Below, in pieces: positions 51,789 to 63,322 of a stretch of 64,000 nucleotides of DNA (the stretch's first letter is position 1; each line of letters opens with the position of its first letter). The position numbers and the translations under genes are program-made. The notes beneath the pieces are model-generated. The model had not been told where the DNA came from. It worked only from the letters and a program-made list of their open reading frames with translations, and ran no database searches. The stretch lies in the NCBI GenBank assembly GCA_963728565.1, contig CAVSLC010000005.1:192001-256000 (forward strand). Reading direction: 5' to 3'. This stretch comes from an uncultured delta proteobacterium. GTDB taxonomy: Bacteria; Desulfobacterota; Binatia; UBA9968.

Positions 51789-52457
51789 CTACTTCGGCAC
51801 AAACACAAGAAAATATTGATACGGCAAGAAGGTGTGCTCTTTCGTAAGGCGGAAGCCGTTACTTTCCATCTGTCTGATCAGATCCTCGCGAGCAATCTTC
51901 ATCTGCATCGGCGGACCGACGGGAAGTTCTTTCTTATGGAAGTCGATCATGATGATTTCGCCGCCGGGTTTTAGCATCTTTTTGATCAGCGAAAGATACT
52001 TCGACTGATTCTCGATGTGGTGCCATGAATCCGAAAAGAAGAAACGATCTATCGAAGCATCGGCCAGGAGCGGGTCATCCGCATCCGCGAGAATAGCTGT
52101 AACGTTCATAGCTTTGAGCTCCCGGATGCGCCGATTGAGGTGCCGAATCATGTCGGGGCTAATGTCAACCGCATAGATCCTTCCTTTATCGCCCACGTGA
52201 TGCGCCAGGCGAAAGGTAAAATAACCGGAGCCTGCGCCGATATCGGCGATCACCTCGCCTGGCTTGATGGCCAGAGCCGTCAAAACCTCGTGCGGCTTTT
52301 GGTAGGCGTCGCGTTTAGGATCTTCGAGCATGCCGATGTAGGCTTTTGAGTCGCGGTGAAGTTGGTGCATCTGCTGATGATCGCGCTTGACTGCATCCTG
52401 AGCCGGTGCTGACAACGGCAACGCCAGCAATGCCAGAAGACTTATTAAAGCCTTCAT
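51789..52457 (-). CDS. Class I SAM-dependent methyltransferase with signal peptide
   Basis: IADIGAGSGYF, AVDI; N-terminus MKALISLLALLALPLSAPA. Confidence 0.88.
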   Translation of the reverse strand: MKALISLLALLALPLSAPAQDAVKRDHQQMHQLHRDSKAYIGMLEDPKRDAYQKPHEVLTALAIKPGEVIADIGAGSGYFTFRLAHHVGDKGRIYAVDISPDMIRHLNRRIRELKAMNVTAILADADDPLLADASIDRFFFSDSWHHIENQSKYLSLIKKMLKPGGEIIMIDFHKKELPVGPPMQMKIAREDLIRQMESNGFRLTKEHTFLPYQYFLVFVPK

Positions 52458-52764
52458 TTTCTCCTCACTGTTTAACTATTCGATTGGAACTAATAAGCGG
52501 CGACTACTTATTACAATCAAGGTTAGCAGTTTGCTGAGAAACTCTGAATCAGTCTGGTCAAAAGATTTAAAGGTAGGGCGACTTACACATCTGAAAGCGG
52601 AAATTTGAAACCGGAAATCATTGAACGTTCATAACTCGGTTTCCAAAAAGCATATGAGTTTTTTCGGGGCGCTGCTAGATAGTGCAGTTGAGGAATCCGA
52701 TTCTCATGACGTCCAAGGCTACATCAGTTGCGAGCTTGGCCGCTTCCCTGTAATGGTAATCGCT

Positions 52765-54154
52765 ATGGCGCAACAAGAGTTGAAGCGACAAATAGGTTTG
52801 TTTAGCGCGGTGATGTTGATTGCCGGCGATATGATCGGCACCGGCATCTTCATCTCAACGGGCGTCATCGCCGAGACATTGCCATCGCCCGGCGGCGTGC
52901 TGCTGGTGTGGTTGCTCGGCGGGCTGCTAGCTCTCACCGGGGCGCTTACTTTCGCGGAGCTTTCAGCGAGTTTGCCGTTTGCCGGCGGCGACTACATCTA
53001 TATCCGCGAGGCCTACGGCAAATTGATGGGGTTTCTCTCCGGGTGGTCCTCGTTCCTGGTGACGTTCTCAGGTGCAATCGCATTTCTCGCGGTGAGCTTA
53101 AACGGGTTTATGGCTTTTTTCTTTCCGGTGCTGCGTTCCGAAACGATTATATTCTCCGTGGCAATGCCTTGGTTGCCGATCACTGCCACAGCGGGGACGG
53201 TATTTGCGATTGTCGTCGTACTGATCTTGTCGGGACTGCATTGTCTCGGGGTGCGGCAAGGGACGATGGTCCAAAATATTCTGACGATTCTAAAAATCGC
53301 GCGCTCTTGGCAATTATTATTTTCGGCATTCTTTTTGGCAAAGGCGACACCTCCCATTTTGTTCCGCTTTTTGATTGGCAAAAAGTTAGCTTCAGCGTAT
53401 TCGCTGCTGCTTTTATACCGGTAATCTTCGCCTATTCGGGCTGGAACGCGATTACTTATATCGCAGGCGAAGTGAAAGATCCGGAGCGAAACTTGCCGCG
53501 CGCTTTGCTATTCGGTGTGCTGATTGTCACAGCGCTCTACTTGGCAATCAACGTCGTGTACATCTACGCCGTGCCCGTTACTGAGATGAAAGGCGCGCTA
53601 CGCGTATCGGAAGTGGCGACCACGGCATTGTTCGGTTACCAGACCTCGGCTCTAATCACCGCGATTATCACGATATCCATTCTCGGGGCGCTCAACGTCG
53701 TGACGATGATCGGCCCGCGAATTTACTATGCGATGGCGCAGGACGGAGTTCTCTTTAAGAGACTTAGCCGCATTCATCCTCGGTTTGGCACTCCGCCAGC
53801 GCGATCATCCTCCAGGCAACTTGGGCTTGTTTGTTAATATTGACCAATACCTGGGGAACCTTGTTTACCTATGTGAGCGTAGTCATCACCTTGTTCTCGG
53901 CGTTTACCGTGGGCTCTGTGATCGTGCTTCGCTATAAGAGACCGGAGCTCAAGCGTCCTTACAAGGTCTGGGGCTACCCGCTCGTGCCGCTTCTGTTTGT
54001 CCTGATACATCTATGGATTGTCTGGGGTTCGGTGAAAGAGAAACCATTCGAATCACTGGTGGGGGTGGTTATCGTCGCTATCGGCATCCCGATATATTAT
54101 ATTTGGACGACCCTGGGTCCGGAGCAAAAGCCGAGTTTCGCTTCAAGATCGTAA
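52765..54154 (+). CDS. APC-family amino acid permease (frameshifts near 53300 and 53800)
   Basis: MIGTGIF, GGDYIY, FAYSGWN...EVKDPERNLP, RPYKVWGYP across three frames. Confidence 0.87.
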
Positions 54155-54202
54155 AGAGAACCTCCCCGCCGCTAGTTCTGCAACAACGACAACTATCCGC
54201 CA

Positions 54203-54811
54203 ATGGCAATCCGTATCACCAGAGTTTACACCAGGACCGGCGATGGAGGAGAAACCAGCCTCGTCGGTGGCAAACGCGTGCCTAAGGATTCGCCGCGTAT
54301 CGATGCTTACGGCACGATCGACGAATTGAATTCGATTATCGGGTTAGCGCGGGTGTTCAATGAGGAAAACCTCGAGGCCGGCGAGGCGCACCGTTTTTGG
54401 ACGAGGTGCTGTGCAAAATCCAAGATGAGCTGTTCGATCTCGGCAGCGAGTTAGCCACCGCGCCTGAATTTTTTCAGGAAGGCATGTTTCGCATTTCCCA
54501 AACTGAGATAAAAAACATCGAAAAGCTCATCGACAAGTGCCAGGAGAATCTTCAGCCGCTCGAGTCTTTCATTCTTCCCGGCGGCGGGCGTATTGGCGCT
54601 TATCTGCATCAATGCCGTACCGTATGTCGGCGAGCGGAACGAGAGATTCTGCGGCTTGTCACGCGAGGAGACGATCAGCGAATGGCCCCTGAAATACATC
54701 AATCGCCTGAGCGATCTGTTCTTTGTCCTGTCACGCTGGATCAGCAAGGAGACGGGAGAAAGAGAATACCTGTGGCAGAGGGGACTCCGGAGCAAAGCAA
54801 AGGGCGAATGA
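54203..54811 (+). CDS. PduO-type ATP:cob(I)alamin adenosyltransferase (two frameshifts)
   Basis: [44 protein letters not shown]. Confidence 0.88.
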
Positions 54812-55084
54812 TTTAAGATTTTGGACTCCGATTCGGTTCGAAAGGATGCGAAGAGCAAGCCTTCCGGACCGCAGCAATGATCTAGGCGCGAGGCGCCTTC
54901 AGTCAGTCGCAAGTTCCAATATATCCGTCGAGGGTCTACGAGACTTGCAGGATCACATCGCTAAAAGTTACGAGGAAATCGACCGTGGCCATGGGACAAA
55001 ATTGAGGGAGAATTGAATTCCGAGGAGTCATGTCTAGTTGAAAAATCAAAAGCGGCACTAAGCGGAAATGGACGGGGGAATCTG

Positions 55085-55855
55085 ATGGGTCTTTTGGATG
55101 GTAAGAAAGCGGCAATCTTCGGAGTGGCGAATGACCGGAGTATTGCATGGGCGATTTCGGAAGCGCTCCATGCCGAAGGTGCGGAGCTGGCGTTCACTTT
55201 CGCCGGCGAGATCTTGGAAAAACGGGTGCGACCGTTGGCCGAGGGCATCGGGTCGAGGATCATCTTGCCCTGTGACGTGACCAAAGACGAAGAAATCGAG
55301 AAGGTTTTTACGAGACTCAAACAAGAATGGGGCGGGCTGGATGTCATGATCCACGCCATCGCCTTCGCCAAAAAGGAAGACTTGGCCAACCCGTATGTTC
55401 AAACCAGCCGGCACGGGTTTCACTTAGCTATGGACGTAAGTGCCTATTCCATGGTCGCGCTGGCGCGCCATGCGGCGTCGCTAATGGAGGGAAGGGGTGG
55501 GTCGATGCTGACCTTGACCTACATGGGTTCTGAGAAGGTCATTCCCAACTATAATGTAATGGGAGTGGCGAAGGCGGCGCTCGAGGCCAGTGTTAGATAT
55601 CTAGCTCATGATCTCGGGCCCAAAGGGATTCGGGTCAATGCGATTTCCGCCGGACCGATTAGAACCCTTGCGGCTTCAGGCATTGCTGATTTTAAAGAAA
55701 TGCTTCATCACGTCAGTGAGCGAGCGCCTTTGAAGAGGAACATCGATGCCGCAGAAGTCGGCAAAACAGCGCTGTTTCTCTGCAGCGAGTGGGGGAGCGC
55801 TATTACCGGTGAAGTGCTGCATGTGGATGCCGGCTACAGTATCATGGGGGCGTAG
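55085..55855 (+). CDS. fabI: Enoyl-ACP reductase
   Basis: [33 protein letters not shown]. Confidence 0.95.
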   Translation: MGLLDGKKAAIFGVANDRSIAWAISEALHAEGAELAFTFAGEILEKRVRPLAEGIGSRIILPCDVTKDEEIEKVFTRLKQEWGGLDVMIHAIAFAKKEDLANPYVQTSRHGFHLAMDVSAYSMVALARHAASLMEGRGGSMLTLTYMGSEKVIPNYNVMGVAKAALEASVRYLAHDLGPKGIRVNAISAGPIRTLAASGIADFKEMLHHVSERAPLKRNIDAAEVGKTALFLCSEWGSAITGEVLHVDAGYSIMGA

Positions 55856-55936
55856 AGTAAGAGGGGTGAATGGAGTGTTGGGGATAGTGGAGTGCTGCTC
55901 GAGTCACCGAAACCCGTCAATCCAGTACTCCAACAC
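55856..55936. repeat. Degenerate copy of the TGGAGT/ACTCCA intergenic inverted repeat
   Basis: aatggagtgttgggatagtggagtgct ... atccagtactccaacac. Confidence 0.5.
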
Positions 55937-55949
55937 GAGGGAGGTTTCC

Positions 55950-56390
55950 ATGGCGATAAAAGAAGTCACGCCGCATCAGGCTCACGATATTCTCACGAAT
56001 GAGCGAGCGCTGTTTACATCGACGTGCGTAGCGAAGCGCGAGTTTGCCAACGGTCATCCGCAGGGAGCGGTGAATATCCCGGTGGCTTTTCCCGATCCGG
56101 CGCGCGGCATGATGGTGAACAGCGACTTCGTCAGAGTCGTGGAAGCGAATTTTCCACGTGATAAAAAGATCATCGTCGGTTGCCAAGCAGGACCGCGCTC
56201 CACATCGGCGGCTAATATGCTGCAACAGGCCGGCTTTCAAGATGTTTCAAACTTGCTGGGCGGCTTCGGCGGCATGCGCGATCCGACCGGAAAAATCAGC
56301 GCACCGGGCTGGGCGAGCTCCGGGCTTCCGGTCAGCAACGATAACGGCGAGGGGGTGAGTTATCAGTCGCTTTCGGCAAAGGTTCGCTGA
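55950..56390 (+). CDS. Rhodanese-domain protein (compensating indels near 56000-56035)
   Basis: GHPQGAVNIP, VGCQAGPRS; VYIDVRSE is readable in an alternate frame. Confidence 0.85.
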   Translation: MAIKEVTPHQAHDILTNERALFTSTCVAKREFANGHPQGAVNIPVAFPDPARGMMVNSDFVRVVEANFPRDKKIIVGCQAGPRSTSAANMLQQAGFQDVSNLLGGFGGMRDPTGKISAPGWASSGLPVSNDNGEGVSYQSLSAKVR

Positions 56391-56511
56391 TAAGCTGGTT
56401 CAAGGAAGACTTTCACTGCGCTCGAACTGACAAGTACGCGCTTGCTGCGGGCGATGGACAAATAGAAAATTGCGGAAGCTGAAGCACGAGGTGGATTCTT
56501 CTCCCGTGGCG

Positions 56512-57187
56512 ATGAACCCGTCACTTTATTTCAAACAGATCGAAATCGGTCCGATGCACAATTACGTTTATCTCATCGGCTCGATGGAAAGCCGCAAGGC
56601 AGCGGTGGTTGATGCGGCCTGGGACATCGATGAAATTCTCCGGATTGCGGCGCAGGACGAGATGGAAATTACGCATGCTCTTGTGACCCATACCCATCCC
56701 GATCACGTTGGTGGCGGATTTGCCGGCATGGAGATAGCAGGCGCGACGGAGTTGCTCGAGAAGTGTAAAGCCAAGGTCGTCGTGCACAAGGCGGAAGCGG
56801 AGTTCATCAAGGGGCTGTCTTCCTCCGACATGATCAAGACCGACAACGGCGACAAAGTGGATGTGGGCGGCCTGGAAATCAAGCTGCATGCACACGCCCG
56901 GGCATACGCCGGGCTCACAGTGCTTTCTGGTGGATGACCGAGTCGTTTCAGGAGACACGCTTTTCATCGACGCATGCGGGCGCGTGGATTTTCCCGGCGG
57001 CAATCCCGAGCAGATGTATTACAGCTTGACTCAAAAGTTGATGGCGCTGCCCGATGACATGATTCTGTTCCCTGGCCACAATTACGCGCCACTTAAGCAC
57101 GCCACCATGGGCGAGCAGAAGAAAACCAATCCCTACCTAAAATTTTCCTCGTTGAAACAGTTTCTGGCAGCGATGGGACATGCTTGA
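56512..57187 (+). CDS. MBL-fold hydrolase (glyoxalase II/persulfide-dioxygenase-like; frameshift near 56887)
   Basis: THTHPDHVGG + HTPGHTPG, SGDTLF, FPGHNY. Confidence 0.88.
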
Positions 57188-57632
57188 ACACCGGCCGTTA
57201 GCCGGATCGTGATCTGAGTCAGTAAAACCGCCTGTTTCGAACGTACAGGACTGTAAATCCTGGGCAGTATCTTGATTTGTACCCGCGGGCGGCACTGGAA
57301 CAGCCACCCATTAAGTTCAATTGATCTCCAAGCTCCATCCGCCGCTACGGGGACCGGTTTGATCAGGCTGCGGGGTTGCTGGTAAGAACTCCGGCATTAA
57401 CGTAGCCTCGACGATCTTCTTCGTGGTAATCCGGGCGGATAAAACGTCGGAAAAATATCACTGTCCGTTTTATCTTCCATCCGTAGATCGGTTGGGCTAG
57501 GCCACTACTGGTGGAGTGATGAGAACGAGAACAAGGCTCGACGAGTATCTGATCAAGTCTGGTCATACCTCACAAGTCCAATGCCTCGGGCTGTAAGTGG
57601 CGCCATTGAATATCGCGCGAGCGGCCTACGAA

Positions 57633-57881
57633 TCAACGGTGCTTTGGCGATTGAAGATTATCCAATGTGAACGGATGCGGCACACCACAACGAGGACATG
57701 CATCGGCAGACTTGTTGATTCGCGCTGCGCACCGAACGCACAGCTTTTTGCGCCGTCGAATCAGAAGAAGCAAGGCGATAATGATAGCCGCTGCTGCGAG
57801 ATATTCGATCATACGATGCCCAGTGATCCACATGAGAATCTGTTGAAGCTCACGTAGCAGCACAAATGGCGTGAAATACAT
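57633..57881 (-). CDS. Small membrane protein with zinc ribbon
   Basis: TM LAAAAIIIALLLLI, RRRKK, CVRC...CPRC; true start may be MIEYL. Confidence 0.55.
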   Translation of the reverse strand: MYFTPFVLLRELQQILMWITGHRMIEYLAAAAIIIALLLLIRRRKKLCVRCAARINKSADACPRCGVPHPFTLDNLQSPKHR

Positions 57882-58191
57882 TTCACATCCGACCTTGACT
57901 ACAGCACGGCAATGATGAAGCAGGCAGCAAACAATTAAACCGCCAAAATACCGATCATCAGTAAAAAGACAAGTGATATGTCTTCGCCATAGTTCGACCA
58001 GAATTTGCCGGACTTGATCATATGACTCTCCGATGATCTCGCTCCAATGCAGTTGATTTCACAGATCTTCCGTTTCGAGGGGACAGCCAAGCGGCGGTGG
58101 TAGTTGGGCGGCCAACCAAGATCAGCGTCGCTAAAACAGGGCCAACTACTTTGCGATAGCCGCGCGATATTGAGCAACTGCCGCGCTCGTT

Positions 58192-58569
58192 TTAGGCTGG
58201 GATTTCGTTTGGATCTAACAATTCTCGGATTTTGCGCTGCAGATCCAAACCTGTGAACGGTTTGACGATGTAGGCGGTGCAGCCCGAGTCCAAACACGAC
58301 TTGAGATCCTCAGAACGAAACAGCGCGGTCACCGCCAGTATTGGGATCCCCTTCGTCTCGCGAGAGGCGCGAAGCGTTCTGGCCGCTTCCCACCCGTCCA
58401 TCACTGGCATCATCATATCCATTAGGATCAAGTCAGGCTTCTCTGCGGTAGCCTTCTCTATGCCCTCCTTACCGTGACTTGCGAGAAGCGGAGTATAGCC
58501 GGTTAGCTGTACTCTGAGAGCTATTAGGTCGCGCATATCCGGGTTGTCTTCTACGATTAAGATTTTCAT
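58192..58569 (-). CDS. Single-domain response regulator (DivK/CheY-like)
   Basis: ILIVED, ILMD, VTA, KP. Confidence 0.92.
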   Translation of the reverse strand: MKILIVEDNPDMRDLIALRVQLTGYTPLLASHGKEGIEKATAEKPDLILMDMMMPVMDGWEAARTLRASRETKGIPILAVTALFRSEDLKSCLDSGCTAYIVKPFTGLDLQRKIRELLDPNEIPA

Positions 58570-58980
58570 TCGCTCACCTTTATCTAAATCATCATCAACC
58601 TACTGAAATGGAGAGAACGACGCCGGGAACAAAGAAAATCTGTGGACGTCGTAACAAGTTGCGCTTCTTCGTTTCCCGGCTAATAGGCCGGAAAGCAAGC
58701 GGTGGGCCCTCACTGTTGATCAGACAGCTTACAACTCTGCAGACATTCGGAGCATGTACGGGAGTTCTGTCCCGGCATGCTCGACGGCAACTTTGCCTGT
58801 TTACCCCGAAGTCATCTCAAGCATCGGGTTTACTTGTCACCGCTTTTGGCCAAGAGACGGAACGCAATTGGACAAACATAAACAACCGCACCCGGCATGC
58901 TCCCTGCTTTGATGGATGTATCCTGAGGATAGATGTGCTCAGTCTTCGAGAATTTTCGAGGGGTTCATAGGAGTAATCGC

Positions 58981-59199
58981 ATGTCCAGAATCGACAAGGA
59001 GCCTTTTGCCCCACGAAGGCACCGGGATATCGTCAATCACATCGAGGTAGCGAGCGTTAGCTCTTTATATCAGCGCTTACTGAGGTCAGCTCTGCGGGTT
59101 AATAAGTTGGCTGACGCATCGCTCGAAGATCTTTGCATGGTGGTTCTGTTATTCTTTTTACTATTTACCACGCTGCTTCTGCCGTGGGTGCTCTTGTGA
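58981..59199 (+). CDS. Small hypothetical protein with C-terminal TM
   Basis: aggag RBS; hydrophobic C-terminus. Confidence 0.45.
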   Translation: MSRIDKEPFAPRRHRDIVNHIEVASVSSLYQRLLRSALRVNKLADASLEDLCMVVLLFFLLFTTLLLPWVLL

Positions 59200-59291
59200 G
59201 TTTGGTGCCTCGCTCAAAATCAGCCACTGCATAATTGTTAACTCATCGTCATCTAAACAGCCAACGCTGCCAGCGTTAAACCAAACGGCTA

Positions 59292-59525
59292 TTGGAAGTG
59301 CCGCCAGTGAACTGGTTAGAAATTCCTGCTCATAGAGTCCTTGAGGTGGAGTCTAAGGAACTTGAAGAGGAGTTCGATATGTATGATAACGACGGGAAGC
59401 TTTGCGGTGGTAGCAGCGTATATCTCTTGTTCCGTAGGAAAGACGGCAAGAGATTTAAGTTCGCTCGATTCGGTGACCTCTACGGCGCCATCAAACGAAA
59501 TCGCGCTTACCTGGAAGAGGTTTAG
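59292..59525 (+). CDS. Hypothetical protein
   Basis: 77-aa ORF with protein-like composition. Confidence 0.45.
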   Translation: MEVPPVNWLEIPAHRVLEVESKELEEEFDMYDNDGKLCGGSSVYLLFRRKDGKRFKFARFGDLYGAIKRNRAYLEEV

Positions 59526-59589
59526 AGGTCAGTGTAGGGGCATGATTACCGTTCGTGATATCCGTTCCTTAGCTATGAATTCTCCCGCA

Positions 59590-60025
59590 TCAGGCTGCAA
59601 GACGTTTAATCGTCCCTCAAAACCGCAGAACTTTGAGTGCTGTAGATACCCATCAGGCGTACACTCCGCGAACACGATCTGCGCGAACTAGCCGCGGGTT
59701 GAGCCATACGCAATTTTTCACTTTCTTCCACGTGGAGCGCGTGCTGGGTGCGCCGTCTCTCGGGCAAGTTAGCAAAGGACAAACAGTGGTCTCCTGCGTT
59801 CAGCTTGCTCTCATCACGAACGGTAGATGATACAACGATTGCGCACCTTGCTTGCAGTTAGGAGCTTGCCGCCTCCGATCATTGGATCTATCAGGTTGTC
59901 AGGTCTGTAGCGCCCAATGACGAACGCATGGGCCTTGTTGACCTCGTACTTGAACATACGCCGATACGCCTCCGGATCTCGTAACAGGAGTCGCGCCGCT
60001 TTCCGATGACGCCACCACTTCCGGA
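59590..60025 (-). pseudogene. Decayed ATP-dependent DNA ligase (LigD ligase/OB domain)
   Basis: GVIGKRRDSCYE...FKYEVNKAHAFVIG and CPFANLPERRR...NCVWLNP...TPDGYLQHSKF, broken by shifts. Confidence 0.7.
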
Positions 60026-60300
60026 TTCTTTAACTCACTAGGAAAATCAGCTCGGTCGGCGTCGGATCAAGTGCATCGGACGAGCCGACCAGAGGAGTGT
60101 GACTCTGTAACTCTGCAGCTATTTGGCTAAGCAGTTTACATCTGGTTCCGAGCGATACCAGAATGAGGCGACGTCCTCAATAAATGATTACATGAACGTA
60201 TAGAACAAAATCGCTTGTGCTGGGCGCTGATGCTGGAGGTGATTGGATGAGTTGCGTCGATTGCTGTAGCGCATTGATCTCACCGGCGAGCAAGGGTTGA

Positions 60301-61369
60301 CTACTTCCCGGCATACTTGTTCGTCCACAACACACCTTCTTTTGCCGACGGCGCCTTGGCGCGGTCTTTCACGATGCCCGCGCCGGTCGAGAAATCGATG
60401 ACTTTTTGCCAACCTTCCTGATTCATGTTGCCCCAGGTTGGCATCGCGGGAGCAATCATCGAGTACGCCAGGTCGAAGACGTTGTCTTCAAGCTTCGATT
60501 TATCCGAAAAACGATGCGCGCGCAGCGCGGCTTTGAAGGCGCTCGGATTGCTGTGATAAAGCGCACCGGCGCGCGAGATTGCGCGCGCAGCAGCGGTCGC
60601 CAGAGCGGGATTCTGCTCGGCCCAATCCGGACGCGCCATCAAAACTTCGTAAGGATAATTTGTTAGTTCCGTCACTTCGCCAAGGCCGAGCGGCAGGAGG
60701 ACGTATCCTTTGCCGGCTGCCTCGGTGATTTCCGCTGACGGCGGCGATTGCGCTAGGGCATCGATCACGTTGTTCATGAGCGCCGGCGGCAATTCGGTGC
60801 CACCCAGATAGACGAACTTGAGCTTGCTCGGGTCGCCTTTCACTTTCGGCACGAGAAATTTAAATATTTGCTCAGACACTGCGCCCGGGACTTGTCGCCC
60901 CTATGGTGCCAAGCTCGGTTAGGACTTGAATCCGATCGTTCAACGGGCTTTTGCGCGTCACTTTGAATTTGTCGGTGATCGCTTTGCGAATGGCGATGCT
61001 CAAGGTCAGATTGCGGTTATGCGCCTGAATCGCGATCAAGGGCGCGCCTTCGATCTGCGCCAATACCAGCCCTTCGGAGCTCGAAGCGCAAAGGTGTCCC
61101 GAGCGGCCGACTACGGCGTTCTGACATGGCGCGCCGCCGCCGGCGGGCGTGATCTTGGCGCGAATGCCTTCCTGTTCGAAATACTTCAATTGCTCGGCGA
61201 CCCACACGGCGGAGAAAGCCATGTTCGACACGGCGGTGAGAATGGTCACGTCCCCAAGCTCTTTTTGTTGCGCATGGATTCGCGCCGAGGACAATATCAG
61301 AGCAAGCAGCGCGCTGACCGAAAACAGCAAACCAAGAATATACTTGCGCACAGCGCCAAATCTCATCAT
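60301..61369 (-). CDS. NitT/TauT substrate-binding protein (frameshift near 60880)
   Basis: Two ORFs that together are collinear with the upstream paralog. Confidence 0.85.
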
Positions 61370-61400
61370 CGTCCTGTCTCCTTTTCCTCCATTCCCATTG

Positions 61401-62453
61401 CTACGGCTTGCCGACGTATTTGTTGGTCCAGAGCACGCCCTCTTTACTCGAAGGCGCTTGCGATAGATCCTTGACGATACCGGCGCCGGTGGCGAAGTTG
61501 ATCACCTTTTGCCATCCCTCGGCGTTCATGGTTCCCCAGGGGGGCATGGCGCCGGCGACCATGTTGTATGAGAGATTGAAGACGTCGTCAGATAATTTAA
61601 CGGAGAGCCGGTGGCTGCGCAGCGCCGCTTTCGCCTCTTCGGGTTTGCTGCGGAAGAGCGCGCCGCCGCGCGATATCGCGCGCGACACCGCCATGGCGAT
61701 TTTCGGATTCGCCTCGGCGTAATCCGGGCGCACCATCAGAACTTCGTAAGGGTAATCGGTCAATTCCGGTATCTCGCCCTTGCCCAACGGAATCAGGACG
61801 TAGCCCTTGCCGCTTGCCTCGGTGATTTCGGCCGAAGGAGGGGAAAGCGCGTAGGCGTCAATCACGTCGTTCATCAGCGAAGCGGGGAGCTCGGCGGCTC
61901 CGATGTAAACGAACTTAAGCACGGTCGCGGTGGCGCCGGCTCTTTTCACAAGAAATTTTATGACCTGTTCGGAGGCCGCTCCCGGGCCCGTCGCGCCGAT
62001 GGTGCCCAATTGCGTGAGAGCCTTGAGCCTTGCGCCGATAGGGCTTTCGCGGGTCAGGCCGAGCTTGTCGACGATCGCCTTACGCAGGGTTACGCCCAAA
62101 GTCATAGTGCGGTTGTGCGCTTGGATCGCGATCGCCGTCGCGCCTTCGACTCGTGCCAGGACGAGTCCCTCTGACGTGGACGCGCAGAAGTTGGTGGAGC
62201 GGCCGACCACCGCGTTCAAACAGACCGAGCCGCTCGGCGCAGGTGTGATTTTTACGCGCACACCTTCTTGCTCGAAGTATTTAAGCTGCTCGGCCACCCA
62301 GATCGCCGCGAAGGCAAAATTGGGTACGGCGGTTAGCATGCTGACCTCCGGCAGCTCTTTTTGTTGCGCCCATGCCGGCGTAATGATTCCAACACTCGCC
62401 ACAATCATCGCTGTCGCAGCCAGCCTGGAGAGGAATCGCCTGAGCCTCTTCAT
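61401..62453 (-). CDS. NitT/TauT substrate-binding protein
   Basis: Signal peptide; VAEQLKYFEQEG, IGATGPG, WTNKY. Confidence 0.88.
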   Translation of the reverse strand: MKRLRRFLSRLAATAMIVASVGIITPAWAQQKELPEVSMLTAVPNFAFAAIWVAEQLKYFEQEGVRVKITPAPSGSVCLNAVVGRSTNFCASTSEGLVLARVEGATAIAIQAHNRTMTLGVTLRKAIVDKLGLTRESPIGARLKALTQLGTIGATGPGAASEQVIKFLVKRAGATATVLKFVYIGAAELPASLMNDVIDAYALSPPSAEITEASGKGYVLIPLGKGEIPELTDYPYEVLMVRPDYAEANPKIAMAVSRAISRGGALFRSKPEEAKAALRSHRLSVKLSDDVFNLSYNMVAGAMPPWGTMNAEGWQKVINFATGAGIVKDLSQAPSSKEGVLWTNKYVGKP

Positions 62454-62470
62454 CAGCAATCTCCTTTCGG

Positions 62471-63322
62471 TTAGCCCTGGATTTGAACATGCTCTTTTTG
62501 CGTTTGCCAACGTAATGCTTTGCGCTCCACCGCCTCGGCAATTTTGTCCATGATAATGACCATGATCATCAGGACGATAATACCGACGAACACGTCGGCG
62601 GTTCTGAAAATGCCGGCCGACATGCGGATGAAGAAACCGACGCCTTCGGTAGCGGCGACGAATTCACCGACAATGGCGCCGATCACCGCGAAGGGTATGC
62701 TTGTGCGAATACCGGTAAAAACATAGGGAGAGATCGCCGGGAAGATAACTTTGAACGTCAACTTCCAACCGCGCACTCCCATCAGGCCAGCCAAGTCGAC
62801 GTACTCTTGGTCCATCTGCCGCATGCCGGTATAGGTGTTAAAAAAATTGAAAAAGAACGTGAGAAGAAAAACCACGCCGACTTTCGACCACAGGCCGATG
62901 CCCAGCCAGACGATGAAGAGCGGAGCCAGGGCGGTGCGTGGGATGCCGTTGAGCGCGATAATAATCGGTTCGAAAACCTCGGCGAGCAATCGGCTCCGGC
63001 CGAAACCGTAGCCGAGGGCGATACCAGTGATAGCGCCGATCGGAAAGCCGATCGCGACTTCTAAAAAAGTCACCCAGGTGTGCTGGACTAAATCACCCGA
63101 GTAGAAACCGGTGAACAGAGACGTAAAAATACGGCTCGGGCTGCTGATTAAAAATGGTTCGATCCATCTGCCGGACGCGAATTCCCACGCGAGGAAAAAG
63201 CCGACGACAATGCCGCTGCGGATTAGCGTTACGGTAACAGCGCGCGAAAATATCGACTTTGGCGTTGCGGTTGGTTTTGGCTGGGTTGTCTCGGAGCGTT
63301 GTTGGCCGACTTGGTCCGTCAT
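62471..63322 (-). CDS. NitT/TauT ABC permease
   Basis: IPRTALAPL, IGAIVGEF. Confidence 0.92.
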   Translation of the reverse strand: MTDQVGQQRSETTQPKPTATPKSIFSRAVTVTLIRSGIVVGFFLAWEFASGRWIEPFLISSPSRIFTSLFTGFYSGDLVQHTWVTFLEVAIGFPIGAITGIALGYGFGRSRLLAEVFEPIIIALNGIPRTALAPLFIVWLGIGLWSKVGVVFLLTFFFNFFNTYTGMRQMDQEYVDLAGLMGVRGWKLTFKVIFPAISPYVFTGIRTSIPFAVIGAIVGEFVAATEGVGFFIRMSAGIFRTADVFVGIIVLMIMVIIMDKIAEAVERKALRWQTQKEHVQIQG

